The notes beneath the pieces are model-generated. The model was not told where the DNA came from, did not search any database, and saw only the letters and a list, made by a program, of their open reading frames with translations. This document shows positions 26,208-32,679 of a DNA stretch of 32,679 bases, piece by piece (positions within the stretch are counted from its first letter, which is position 1; each line of letters begins with the position of its first letter). Both the position numbers and the translations under genes were made by a program. Source of the DNA: Candidatus Binatia bacterium. Lineage in GTDB: Bacteria > Desulfobacterota > Binatia > HRBIN30 > JACQVA1. The DNA lies in the NCBI GenBank assembly GCA_041477755.1, contig JBGOUW010000002.1, forward strand, positions 1 to 32,679. Direction: 5' to 3'.

Positions 26208-26972
26208 ATGCGCAAGCTCACCATCACCATGCTCCTCGCGCTGCTCGCCAGTGTCACCACCGCGCGCGCTGACGAGCCGGAACTAAAGACCGACGACGAC
26301 AAGACCCTCTACGCGATCGGCTTGGCCATCAGCCAGAACCTCGGACCCTTCAATCTGAGCGAGGCCGAGCTCAAGTTGGTCCAGGCCGGCATCGCCGACG
26401 GCGCACTGAATCGCGAAAAGAAGGTCGATCTCGAAACCTACGGTCCGAAGATCGGCGCGCTCCAGCAGAGCCGTGCCAAGGTCGTGGCCGAGGGCGAGAA
26501 GAAGAAATCCGAGGAGTTCCTCACCAAGGCCGCCGCCGAGAAGGGCGCCAAGAAGACCGCTTCAGGCCTGATCTACACCGAGACCAAAGCCGGCACCGGC
26601 ACCGCGCCGAAGGCGACTGATCAGGTGAAGGTTCACTACACCGGCACGCTCCCCGACGGCACCAAGTTCGACAGCTCGCGGGACCGCGGTCAGCCCGCCA
26701 CCTTCCCGCTCAACGGCGTGATTCCGTGCTGGACCGAAGGCGTGCAGCTCATGAAGGTCGGCGGCACCGGCAAACTGATCTGCCCGTCCGACCTTGCCTA
26801 CGGCGATCGCGGCGCGCCGCCGAAGATCAAACCTGGCCAAGCGCTGGTGTTCGACGTTGAGTTGATCGAGATCGTCAAAGCCCCAGCCGCCGCTGCCAAG
26901 GGCGCGGACAAACCTGCAGCAGACAAACCCGCAGCCGACAAACCCGCGGCTGACAAGCCTGTGGAAGAATAG
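26208..26972 (+). CDS. Periplasmic FKBP-type peptidyl-prolyl cis-trans isomerase (FkpA/Mip-like) with repetitive C-terminal tail
   Basis: ORF 26127..26972 trimmed to the ATG at 26208 (RBS AAAGGGAG). The signal is MRKLTITMLLALLASVTTARA. An N-terminal dimerisation-type helix region is present. The FKBP core is VKVHYTGTLPDGTKFDSSRDRGQPATFPLNGVIPCWTEGVQLMKVGG...LAYGDRG...LVFDVELIEI. Confidence 0.85.
   Translation: MRKLTITMLLALLASVTTARADEPELKTDDDKTLYAIGLAISQNLGPFNLSEAELKLVQAGIADGALNREKKVDLETYGPKIGALQQSRAKVVAEGEKKKSEEFLTKAAAEKGAKKTASGLIYTETKAGTGTAPKATDQVKVHYTGTLPDGTKFDSSRDRGQPATFPLNGVIPCWTEGVQLMKVGGTGKLICPSDLAYGDRGAPPKIKPGQALVFDVELIEIVKAPAAAAKGADKPAADKPAADKPAADKPVEE
26904..26963 (+). repeat. Four tandem 15-nt repeats encoding (ADKPA)x4 at the FKBP C-terminus
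   Basis: The units are GCGGACAAACCTGCA / GCAGACAAACCCGCA / GCCGACAAACCCGCG / GCTGACAAGCCTGTG. Differences are mostly at third codon positions. Confidence 0.9.
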
Positions 26973-26988
26973 CTTCGGCTGGATTTCT

Positions 26989-27012
26989 GGGGGCGGGATT
27001 TTTCCCGCCCCC
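26989..27012 (+). terminator. GC-rich hairpin downstream of the FKBP gene (possible terminator or attenuating structure)
   Basis: GGGGGCGGG-attttt-CCCGCCCCC is a perfect 9-bp G/C stem starting 17 nt after the stop. No U-tract follows, so terminator function is uncertain. Confidence 0.35.
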
Positions 27013-27066
27013 TACCCTTCCGCCGCAACCTCCCGCCCGCGCCGTTCAACGACAGAGGTGCTTTCC

Positions 27067-27345
27067 ATGAAAAGACTGTTCATCATCAGATTGACAACAT
27101 TGGCGGGATTGACGGCATTGGCGGTACTCGTGGCCGGTACCGGCCTGAGCTTGGCCCAGGGCGCCAGCGATACCGCGCCGAAGGCGAAGAAGTACGTCGA
27201 CAAGGCGAGCCCCGAACTCATGAAGGAGGGCGGAGCACAGAAGCCGACTCCGGCGCTTCATCGCGGTCACATCGACACCGGGATCAAGGGCCAGAGAGGC
27301 CTCCCGGACGACGGCCAGCCAACCAACAAGCAGAACACGAAGTAG
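27067..27345 (+). CDS. Small secreted hypothetical protein (92 aa, Lys/Gly/Pro-rich)
   Basis: ATG at 27067 with GAGG 9 nt upstream. The signal-like N-terminus is MKRLFIIRLTTLAGLTALAVLVAGTGLSLAQG. The remainder is low-complexity with no recognisable domain. Confidence 0.45.
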   Translation: MKRLFIIRLTTLAGLTALAVLVAGTGLSLAQGASDTAPKAKKYVDKASPELMKEGGAQKPTPALHRGHIDTGIKGQRGLPDDGQPTNKQNTK

Positions 27346-27449
27346 GAGTCGGCGTCACCGCTGACGTCCGCTAGCCCTTCACCCACGGCCAACGCCGCAA
27401 TCCCACCCGCGCGGGCCGCAGCCGTTCATAGCCTTCAGCGAACCCGGAC

Positions 27450-27478
27450 TTGTCTGATCAGACTGATCTGACTAGAGT
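27450..27478 (+). promoter_or_regulatory. Candidate TA-operon promoter with palindromic operator
   Basis: TTGTCT (27450-27455), a 17-nt spacer and TAGAGT (27473-27478) are present. The perfect 12-bp palindrome GTCTGATCAGAC (27452-27463), plus a related half-site TGATCTGAC, overlaps the -35 and spacer. The -10 ends 7 nt before the ATG at 27485 and no SD is evident. Confidence 0.35.
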
Positions 27479-27484
27479 GGCCAT

Positions 27485-27778
27485 ATGAAGAAGACTGCGG
27501 CAGTGGCTGAGCTGAAGGCGCAACTGAGTCGTTACTTGAGTCGGGTCAAGGCCGGCGAAGAGATCCTGGTGACGGAACGGGGGAGACCCGTGGCGCGCGT
27601 GGTGCCGGTGGGGGGCGGCCAGCCGGAGCACGAGGGTTTGCGCGATCTCGAACGCCAAGGACTGCTCCGGTTGGGCAGCGGCAAGCTGCCCAAGGATTTT
27701 TGGAAGCTGCCGCGCCCGCGTGATCCGCGCGCCGCTGTGCGCAAGGCAGTGACCAACGAGCGTGAGGCGGGCTGGTGA
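27485..27778 (+). CDS. Type II antitoxin, Phd/YefM family
   Basis: 97-aa ORF. MKKTAAVAELKAQLSRYLSRVKAGEEILVTERGRPVARVVP is the classic Phd/YefM N-terminal fold sequence. Its stop overlaps the toxin start (GTGA). Confidence 0.85.
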   Translation: MKKTAAVAELKAQLSRYLSRVKAGEEILVTERGRPVARVVPVGGGQPEHEGLRDLERQGLLRLGSGKLPKDFWKLPRPRDPRAAVRKAVTNEREAGW

Positions 27779-28200
27779 AGTTCTGGGACACGTCGGCCAT
27801 CGTCCCGCTCTGTGTGACTGAACCGGCGACGCCGCAGGTCCGTAGGTTGGTCGACGCCGACCCATCGCTGGTGGTGTGGTGGACCACTCGGACGGAATGC
27901 GTCTCCGCCTTCACTCGACGGCGTCGGGATAGTCACCTCAGCGCTCAAGCCGAGCGGCGGGCGCGTGACGTCCTGGCTGCCATCGCCGCAGAGTGGTCGG
28001 AAGTATTGCCGAGCGAGTCGCTGCGTTTGCGCAGCGAGCGACTCCTGGCGGTCCACCCGCTCCGTGCCGCCGACGCATTCCAACTGGCGGCCGCGCTGCT
28101 ATGGTCGCGCGGCGACACCGCCACCCACGCCATCGTCTCGTTCGACGAGCGACTGCGCGAAGCTGCAAGCCGTGAAGGTTTCCAAGTTCTACCGGAGTAG
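27775..28200 (+). CDS. vapC: Type II toxin, PIN-domain ribonuclease (VapC family)
   Basis: 141-aa ORF with a GTG start and a 4-nt overlap with the antitoxin. Acidic PIN residues occur in the expected contexts: FWDTSAIV (D6), TRTECVS, LRAADAFQLAAAL, IVSFDERL. Confidence 0.85.
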   Translation: MKFWDTSAIVPLCVTEPATPQVRRLVDADPSLVVWWTTRTECVSAFTRRRRDSHLSAQAERRARDVLAAIAAEWSEVLPSESLRLRSERLLAVHPLRAADAFQLAAALLWSRGDTATHAIVSFDERLREAASREGFQVLPE

Positions 28201-28329
28201 AGCCGATGAGCGATCCGCCTTCACGCGTGCGGATGCTCTAAAGCGCGTTTTCTCGCGACGGGCTTCTCCGCGCCTGCCCGCGCCGAAGCCACGTGTACAC
28301 CACAGACGAACAGGCGAGCCATCCGAACC

Positions 28330-28530
28330 ATGCGCTACGCTCTCTTGCTGCTCGCTCTGACGCCGCTGCTCACCGGCTGCACTACGACCTGGACGAAGCG
28401 TGGCGCCACGCGGGCTGACTTCGAACGCGATCACGCCGCCTGCGAGCAGGCGGCCAGCGTCGTTCCGAAATTGGTGCTGCAGAGCCGCTACGAGGAATGC
28501 ATGCAGAGTCGCGGCTACCGCATGAAGTAG
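28330..28530 (+). CDS. Small lipoprotein, function unknown (66 aa)
   Basis: MRYALLLLALTPLLTGC has a good lipobox (LTGC). The mature 49 aa carry two further Cys residues (HAACEQ, EECMQSRGY). Confidence 0.6.
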   Translation: MRYALLLLALTPLLTGCTTTWTKRGATRADFERDHAACEQAASVVPKLVLQSRYEECMQSRGYRMK

Positions 28531-28531
28531 T

Positions 28532-28963
28532 TTACGGTGTCGCCGGCTGGTCCGTGAGCAGTCCCTTGCCCGGCACGTGGTTCATCTCGATCCGAATGCC
28601 ATCCGGATCTTCGAACAACACCGAGTAGTACCCGGGAGCCCACACGCCGTCTTCCGGCGGATGGATGATCTTCGCGCCCAGCTCGCGGGCAAACTCGTGC
28701 AGCCGATCCACGTCTGCCCGCTCGCGCGCGCGGAAGCACAGATGGTGCAACCCGACCCGCAACTGGACGAAACGTTCGGCGCGATGTGCGTCGTCGGCCT
28801 TGACGATGCCCACCGCTGTGCGTCCACCAACGCAGTAGAGCATCCCGTCCATGTCGATCACCGGCTTCAAACCGAGGAAGCGCAGCAGCTTGTCATAGAA
28901 GGGTCGACAGGCTTCGAAGTCGCTCACCGTGAGCATCACGTGGGCAATGCCGTTGATTTCCAT
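28532..28963 (-). CDS. VOC-family (glyoxalase/bleomycin-resistance/dioxygenase fold) protein (143 aa)
   Basis: ORF 28532..29056(-) trimmed to the ATG at 28963, which is preceded by AGGAGG with a 5-nt spacing. IAHVMLTVSDFEACRPFYDKLLRFLGL...GLHHLCFRA...YYSVLFEDPDGIRIEM is the typical paired beta-alpha-beta-beta-beta pattern. Confidence 0.8.
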   Translation of the reverse strand: MEINGIAHVMLTVSDFEACRPFYDKLLRFLGLKPVIDMDGMLYCVGGRTAVGIVKADDAHRAERFVQLRVGLHHLCFRARERADVDRLHEFARELGAKIIHPPEDGVWAPGYYSVLFEDPDGIRIEMNHVPGKGLLTDQPATP

Positions 28964-29116
28964 CCGCGCCTCCTGGTCTCCGTTGACGTGTCCTCTGACG
29001 ATCTCAGCCGCCGTTGCGGTGACCATTTTCCTACCGCGGGTGCATCCGACTCGCAATGTCGACGATCGTCGCCGCGAGTGGCTTGCGTCGGCCGGTCAGA
29101 CCTGCGAGACGCGCGC

Positions 29117-30253
29117 ATGCCGCGTCCGCGTCGCGTCGTCATCGCCGCCTATTTTCTGCTCTTCTGGGGCGGCGGCGTGTGGATGCCGTACTTCCCGCTC
29201 TACCTGTCGCACCTCGGCTTCGCCGGGTGGCAAATCGGCGTGGTGTTCGGCATGCAGCCGGCGCTGCGTTGGGGCAGCGCGCTGGCGTGGGCCTACGCGG
29301 CCGATCGCTGGCGCATCCGCCATCGCCTGCTCGTCATCGCCGCGTTCGGCGGGGCGCTGGGCTTCGTGCCGTTGCTGTTCGTCCACAGTTTTGCGGCGGT
29401 GCTGGCGGTGACCGCGTTCATCGCGCTGCTCCACGCGCCGCTGGTCCCGATGGTCGATGCGACGGTGATGGACCATTTGTCGCAGCTCGGCGACGACTAC
29501 GGCCGCCTGCGCACGTGGGGATCGGTCGCCTTCGTCACCGGTGCGCTGCTCAGCGCGCCGCTGGTGCATGCGTTCAGCCCCGGCATCGTGCCGCTCCTGC
29601 TGTTGATTCCATTGCCGCCGATGATCGTCGCCTTGGCGCGTCTGCCGCGCGAGCAATGCGGCCATGCCGCGCACTTCCGCGCGCCGTGGCGCTTGTTGAC
29701 CGCGCCGCTGACGGCGTTTCTCGCTAGCGCGTTCCTCATTCAACTGAGCTGCGGTGCGTTCTCGGGATTCTTCGCCGTGCACTCCGCCGCGCTCGGCTTT
29801 TCCGACGCGGTGCCGGGCATCACCTGGGGCTTGGCCGTCGGCGCCGAAGCCGTGCTGCTCTTTTTCGGCAGCCGTCTGCTGGCGTGGCGCAGCGCCTCGA
29901 GCGTGATCGTATTCTCTCTACTGGTCACCGCGGCGCGCTGGGGCCTGACCGCCATCGCCCACAACGAGGTGCTCGTCATCGGCTTGCAACTGGCGCACGC
30001 GTTTACGTTCTCGGCGTTTCATCTCGCCGCGCTACAGTTGCTGGCGCGGCTGGTGCCGCCGCAGAGCAGCACCGGCGGGCAAGCGCTGTACGGCACCGTC
30101 GCCTTCGGCATTGGCGGGAGTAGCGGTCTCGCCCTCGCGGGTGTGCTGGTCGACCGCTTCGGGACCGCCAACGTATTCGGCGTCGAGGCCGGCATCGCGT
30201 TGCTCGGCCTCGTGCCGGCACTGTGGCTGGTGCGACTGACGCGCAAAGCGTGA
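29117..30253 (+). CDS. MFS transporter (MFS_1_like / HcaT-LacY-like, 378 aa)
   Basis: The plus-frame ORF 28577..30253 was trimmed to the ATG at 29117, because its first 180 codons are antisense to the VOC gene. About 12 hydrophobic segments are present, and YFLLFWGGGVWMPYFPLYLSHLGFAGWQIG is typical of this MFS subfamily. Confidence 0.8.
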   Translation: MPRPRRVVIAAYFLLFWGGGVWMPYFPLYLSHLGFAGWQIGVVFGMQPALRWGSALAWAYAADRWRIRHRLLVIAAFGGALGFVPLLFVHSFAAVLAVTAFIALLHAPLVPMVDATVMDHLSQLGDDYGRLRTWGSVAFVTGALLSAPLVHAFSPGIVPLLLLIPLPPMIVALARLPREQCGHAAHFRAPWRLLTAPLTAFLASAFLIQLSCGAFSGFFAVHSAALGFSDAVPGITWGLAVGAEAVLLFFGSRLLAWRSASSVIVFSLLVTAARWGLTAIAHNEVLVIGLQLAHAFTFSAFHLAALQLLARLVPPQSSTGGQALYGTVAFGIGGSSGLALAGVLVDRFGTANVFGVEAGIALLGLVPALWLVRLTRKA

Positions 30254-30259
30254 AACGGC

Positions 30260-30634
30260 TCACTCGTCCACGAGCGGTTGCAAGCGCGGCGGCTGACGCG
30301 CGAATGCCTCCGCGTCGAACGTCCCGCTGCGGATCGCCTCGATGTCCGCGCGCACCCGCTCGCGCAACGCCGCGAGGTTGATCCCACCGGCGTCGGTGGC
30401 GAACGGCACAGTCTTTTGCAGTCCGCTGTCGAGCATGCGCAGCGCGCCACTCCATAACTGCTGCGTCGTCTTGTGGTAGCCGACTGCTATCTGAATCAGG
30501 CCGGTAAACAGCTCCCACTGATCGTCGGGGACACTGTCGAGCCCTGCCTCGATGACTTCGTGCGCTTCGAAGTAGCGCCCGGCGTTGAACTCCCGCGCCG
30601 CGTCGATGATGGCGCGCCGCGCCCCCGCCTCCAT
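30260..30634 (-). CDS. DUF309-domain protein (124 aa)
   Basis: ORF 30260..30886(-) trimmed to ATG 30634 (AGGAG 11 nt upstream). FNAGRYFEAHEVIEAGLDSVPDDQWELFTGLIQIAVGYHK matches the DUF309 signature. The upstream part of the ORF is translation of a heptamer repeat and of the AKR 3' end. Confidence 0.7.
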   Translation of the reverse strand: MEAGARRAIIDAAREFNAGRYFEAHEVIEAGLDSVPDDQWELFTGLIQIAVGYHKTTQQLWSGALRMLDSGLQKTVPFATDAGGINLAALRERVRADIEAIRSGTFDAEAFARQPPRLQPLVDE

Positions 30635-30652
30635 CGACGACGGCACTCCTGC

Positions 30653-30743
30653 TTCATTCCGCATTCGCCCTTCCGCATTCCCCAATCCGCACTCCGCAAT
30701 CCTCAATCCGCATTGGCCATTCCGCAATCCGCACTCCGCAATC
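30653..30743. repeat. Tandem heptanucleotide array, 13 units, consensus CGCAWTC on plus (GAWTGCG on minus)
   Basis: Read in register the units are TTCATTC CGCATTC GCCCTTC CGCATTC CCCAATC CGCACTC CGCAATC CTCAATC CGCATTG GCCATTC CGCAATC CGCACTC CGCAATC. The array fills the 112-nt spacer between the AKR stop (30747) and the DUF309 start (30634). Confidence 0.9.
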
Positions 30744-30746
30744 GCC

Positions 30747-31763
30747 TCATCCCATCGGATAGCGGATCTCCTTCGATACCTTGTTGCACTGATCGAGCAC
30801 GTCGGGGGTAAGCGTGACATCAGCGGCGGCGAGCGTGTCGGTGAGCTGCTCGACGGTGGTCGCGCCAATGATGGTGGAGCCGACAAAGTTGTGCACCAAC
30901 GACCACGCCGTCGCCAGCGTCGTCACTGACATGCCAGCCTGTTGCGCGATCGCCATAAAGCGCGCGGTCGAGGTCAGCGTCTGCTCGTTGACGAAGCGGC
31001 GGGTCATCGATTGCGAGCGCGGATTGCCTTCACCGTAGTGGGTGAAGCGCGCGCCCTTGGGCCGCGCGCCCTCTTGGTACTTGCCGCTCAGCACGCCACC
31101 GGCGATCGGGCTGTAGGGCAGCAGGCTGATCTGTTCGCGCCGACACACTTCCGCAAGTTCGTCCTCGAAGCGTCGGTTGAGCAGGCTGAAGTTGTTTTGA
31201 ATCGTCTCGTAACGAACCGAGCCGTTCTTGTCGCTCGCCCACAAACTCTTGGTGAGGCCGTACGCGGTCTCGTTGCTGCAGCCGACGTAGCGGACCTTGC
31301 CGGCTTCGACCAGGCGCGTGAGCGCGGTCATGGTCTCGTCGATCGGCAGATCGCGGTCGGGCCAATGGGTTTGATAGAGGTCGATGTAATCGGTCTGCAA
31401 TCGCCGCAGGCTAGCTTCAACCGCGCGCTCGATGTGATGGCGATCGAGCGCGGTCTTCCCGCTGCGTTGCGGCGCGAGAAACCAACCCATCCCTGGCCCT
31501 GCCACCTTGGTCGCAATGAACACCGCGTCGCGCGATTTGCCGGCCATCCATTTTCCGCAGATCTCTTCGCTACGACCGGCATACTTCGGATCCGGCGGCA
31601 CCGGGTAGGTTTCCGCGATATCGAGGAAGTCCACGCCCGCCTCCCACGCGCGATCGAGAATGGCGAGACTGGTGCGCTCGTCGGCCTGATTGCCGAACGT
31701 CATCGTACCCATACAGATCTCGGAAACCACCAGGCCAGTGCGGCCCAACCGCCGACGCTTCAT
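30747..31763 (-). CDS. Aldo/keto reductase (Tas-like NADP-dependent oxidoreductase)
   Basis: 338-aa ORF with RBS GGAGGAG. MKRRRLGRTGLVVSEICMGTMTFG, DFLDIAETY, DLYQTHWPD and GCSNETAYGL blocks are present. Confidence 0.9.
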   Translation of the reverse strand: MKRRRLGRTGLVVSEICMGTMTFGNQADERTSLAILDRAWEAGVDFLDIAETYPVPPDPKYAGRSEEICGKWMAGKSRDAVFIATKVAGPGMGWFLAPQRSGKTALDRHHIERAVEASLRRLQTDYIDLYQTHWPDRDLPIDETMTALTRLVEAGKVRYVGCSNETAYGLTKSLWASDKNGSVRYETIQNNFSLLNRRFEDELAEVCRREQISLLPYSPIAGGVLSGKYQEGARPKGARFTHYGEGNPRSQSMTRRFVNEQTLTSTARFMAIAQQAGMSVTTLATAWSLVHNFVGSTIIGATTVEQLTDTLAAADVTLTPDVLDQCNKVSKEIRYPMG

Positions 31764-31883
31764 GTTCGCTCTCCTCCAAAATGTCGTGCGCGCGGATCAT
31801 AGCAGGAGTCGCCCGACGGGAAAGGGGGCGGTGGATGGTCACGCCTGCGACTCAGCGGCGGCGGGCAATCGAGAGTTTCAATC

Positions 31884-32679
31884 TCAACGAGCTACCTCAT
31901 GCCCACCGTCCGCTCCAGCCGGCTGGTCAAGTGTTCCGGTTTCAATAACCTCAGTCTTCTGCGGCCCTCGTGTGACCCGCTCGATGTGTTCAAGCCACGT
32001 CTGGAATTTTGGGTCTCCGTGCAGATCGAAAGCGCGACGGGCGTCTGCCAACGCGGAGGTAAGAGAGTCCGCACCGCCTCCGAATCTTTGGGAAAGATGA
32101 AAGAGCGCCTTCGAACGTTCGTACCTTGCAAGTGCTTGATACTCCACGTCCCGATGTTGTGCGGCGCTCTCAAGATTCACGACGGCATCTTGCAGAAGGC
32201 GACGACCCTCTTCCGGGCTGTCCAGCGCAAGGCGTACGCCCTTTTCTCTTTGCGCGTGTCCCAGGCGGAGCAGACCAATATGGTATTCAGGGCGCTTCCG
32301 TACGAGTTCGGTGAAAAACACGATTGCCTGATCGTAGTCTTCGCGGCGGATAGCATCGATTGCATCGGCCATTGTCATTTCACCAGGATTCGTGCCGATC
32401 ACATGCGGCTCGGCGTCTTCGTCTTTGGCATACTCGTCTTGCCTCGGACGCGGAAACGTGGCCTCAATTCCGCTATCGTCCCATAGCAATATCGCGTTGG
32501 CTTCGGCGCGGAAGCGCGTGTACTCACACGCGTCAAGCTCTTTCACTCGGGTCAAGACGTGAGGCCGGAGCATCGCGTCAAGACGCACGAATGGCCCGGC
32601 AGCCCAAGCCTCGGTTTCGCCCCTCCGCTTCACCGGGAAGACGAAGTGAAGGTCCCCGGCTGCTTCCTCCTCAAGCGTC
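31884..32679 (-). CDS. Hypothetical protein with TPR-like helical region; reading frame open to the window edge (possibly 5'-truncated here)
   Basis: The track ORF 31884..32633 starts at a GTG. The same frame continues without a stop to position 32679 (…TLEEEAAGDLHFVFP-V-KRRGETEAW). It contains the helical-repeat-like segment MADAIDAIRREDYDQAIVFFTELVRKRPEYHIGLLRLGHAQREKG. G+C and GC3 are noticeably lower than in the neighbours. Confidence 0.5.
   Translation of the reverse strand, partial: TLEEEAAGDLHFVFPVKRRGETEAWAAGPFVRLDAMLRPHVLTRVKELDACEYTRFRAEANAILLWDDSGIEATFPRPRQDEYAKDEDAEPHVIGTNPGEMTMADAIDAIRREDYDQAIVFFTELVRKRPEYHIGLLRLGHAQREKGVRLALDSPEEGRRLLQDAVVNLESAAQHRDVEYQALARYERSKALFHLSQRFGGGADSLTSALADARRAFDLHGDPKFQTWLEHIERVTRGPQKTEVIETGTLDQPAGADGGHEVAR

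Noticed and set aside
28577-29116. First 180 codons of the 558-aa plus-strand ORF
   Set aside because: They are antisense to the well-supported VOC gene and have no transporter-like sequence. The MFS protein starts at ATG 29117.
30653-30743. Possibility that the periodic repeat is a CRISPR array
   Set aside because: The units are 7 nt long and directly abutting with no spacers. There are no cas genes in the window.
30635-30886. N-terminal extension of the DUF309 ORF (208-aa version) containing CGLRNGQCGLRIAECGL repeats
   Set aside because: This part is simply a translation of the 7-nt tandem array and overlaps the 3' end of the aldo-keto reductase gene. The DUF309 homology begins after ATG 30634.

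Overview
This is a visibly GC-rich bacterial chromosomal segment. By my hand counts most 60-nt lines are about 65-70% G+C. It comes from a diderm organism, judging by an outer-membrane barrel, lipobox lipoproteins and periplasmic folding factors. The dockerin-like GDCNDDG..VTVEELV motifs hint at an uncultured Deltaproteobacteria/Binatota-like lineage, but that is only a guess.

I resolve 28 CDS (one open at the right window edge), one decayed gene remnant and two tRNAs. In order:
- a co-directional cluster of secreted hydrolases (YceI, dienelactone hydrolase, alpha/beta-hydrolase lipoprotein, type-B carboxylesterase) with a divergent AraC regulator
- gltX followed by tRNA-Gln(CUG) and tRNA-Glu(CUC)
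- a DUF1302-like outer-membrane protein
- a large dockerin-like / YVTN-propeller / phosphoesterase fusion plus an unknown partner gene
- a PPOX-family protein and a PBP5-like protein whose three catalytic motifs are all lost
- a K+-independent-type H+-pyrophosphatase
- an orphan groEL
- two tandem OprI/Lpp-like alanine-rich lipoproteins
- two tandem Zn-dependent dehydrogenases
- a tam-like methyltransferase remnant
- a TMTC-like membrane protein with TPR repeats
- an FkpA/Mip-like PPIase
- a Phd/YefM-PIN toxin-antitoxin pair
- VOC, MFS, DUF309 and aldo-keto reductase genes
- a lower-GC hypothetical gene at the right edge

I do not see a convincing multi-gene novel defence or secretion system. 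The least explained signal is a 7-nt-periodic repeat family (GAWTGCG / CGCAWTC). It appears as a 13-unit tandem array in the AKR-DUF309 spacer and as a perfect 19-bp inverted repeat between the two tRNA genes. Many long ORFs in the supplied track are alternative-frame or antisense artefacts of high GC and were rejected.
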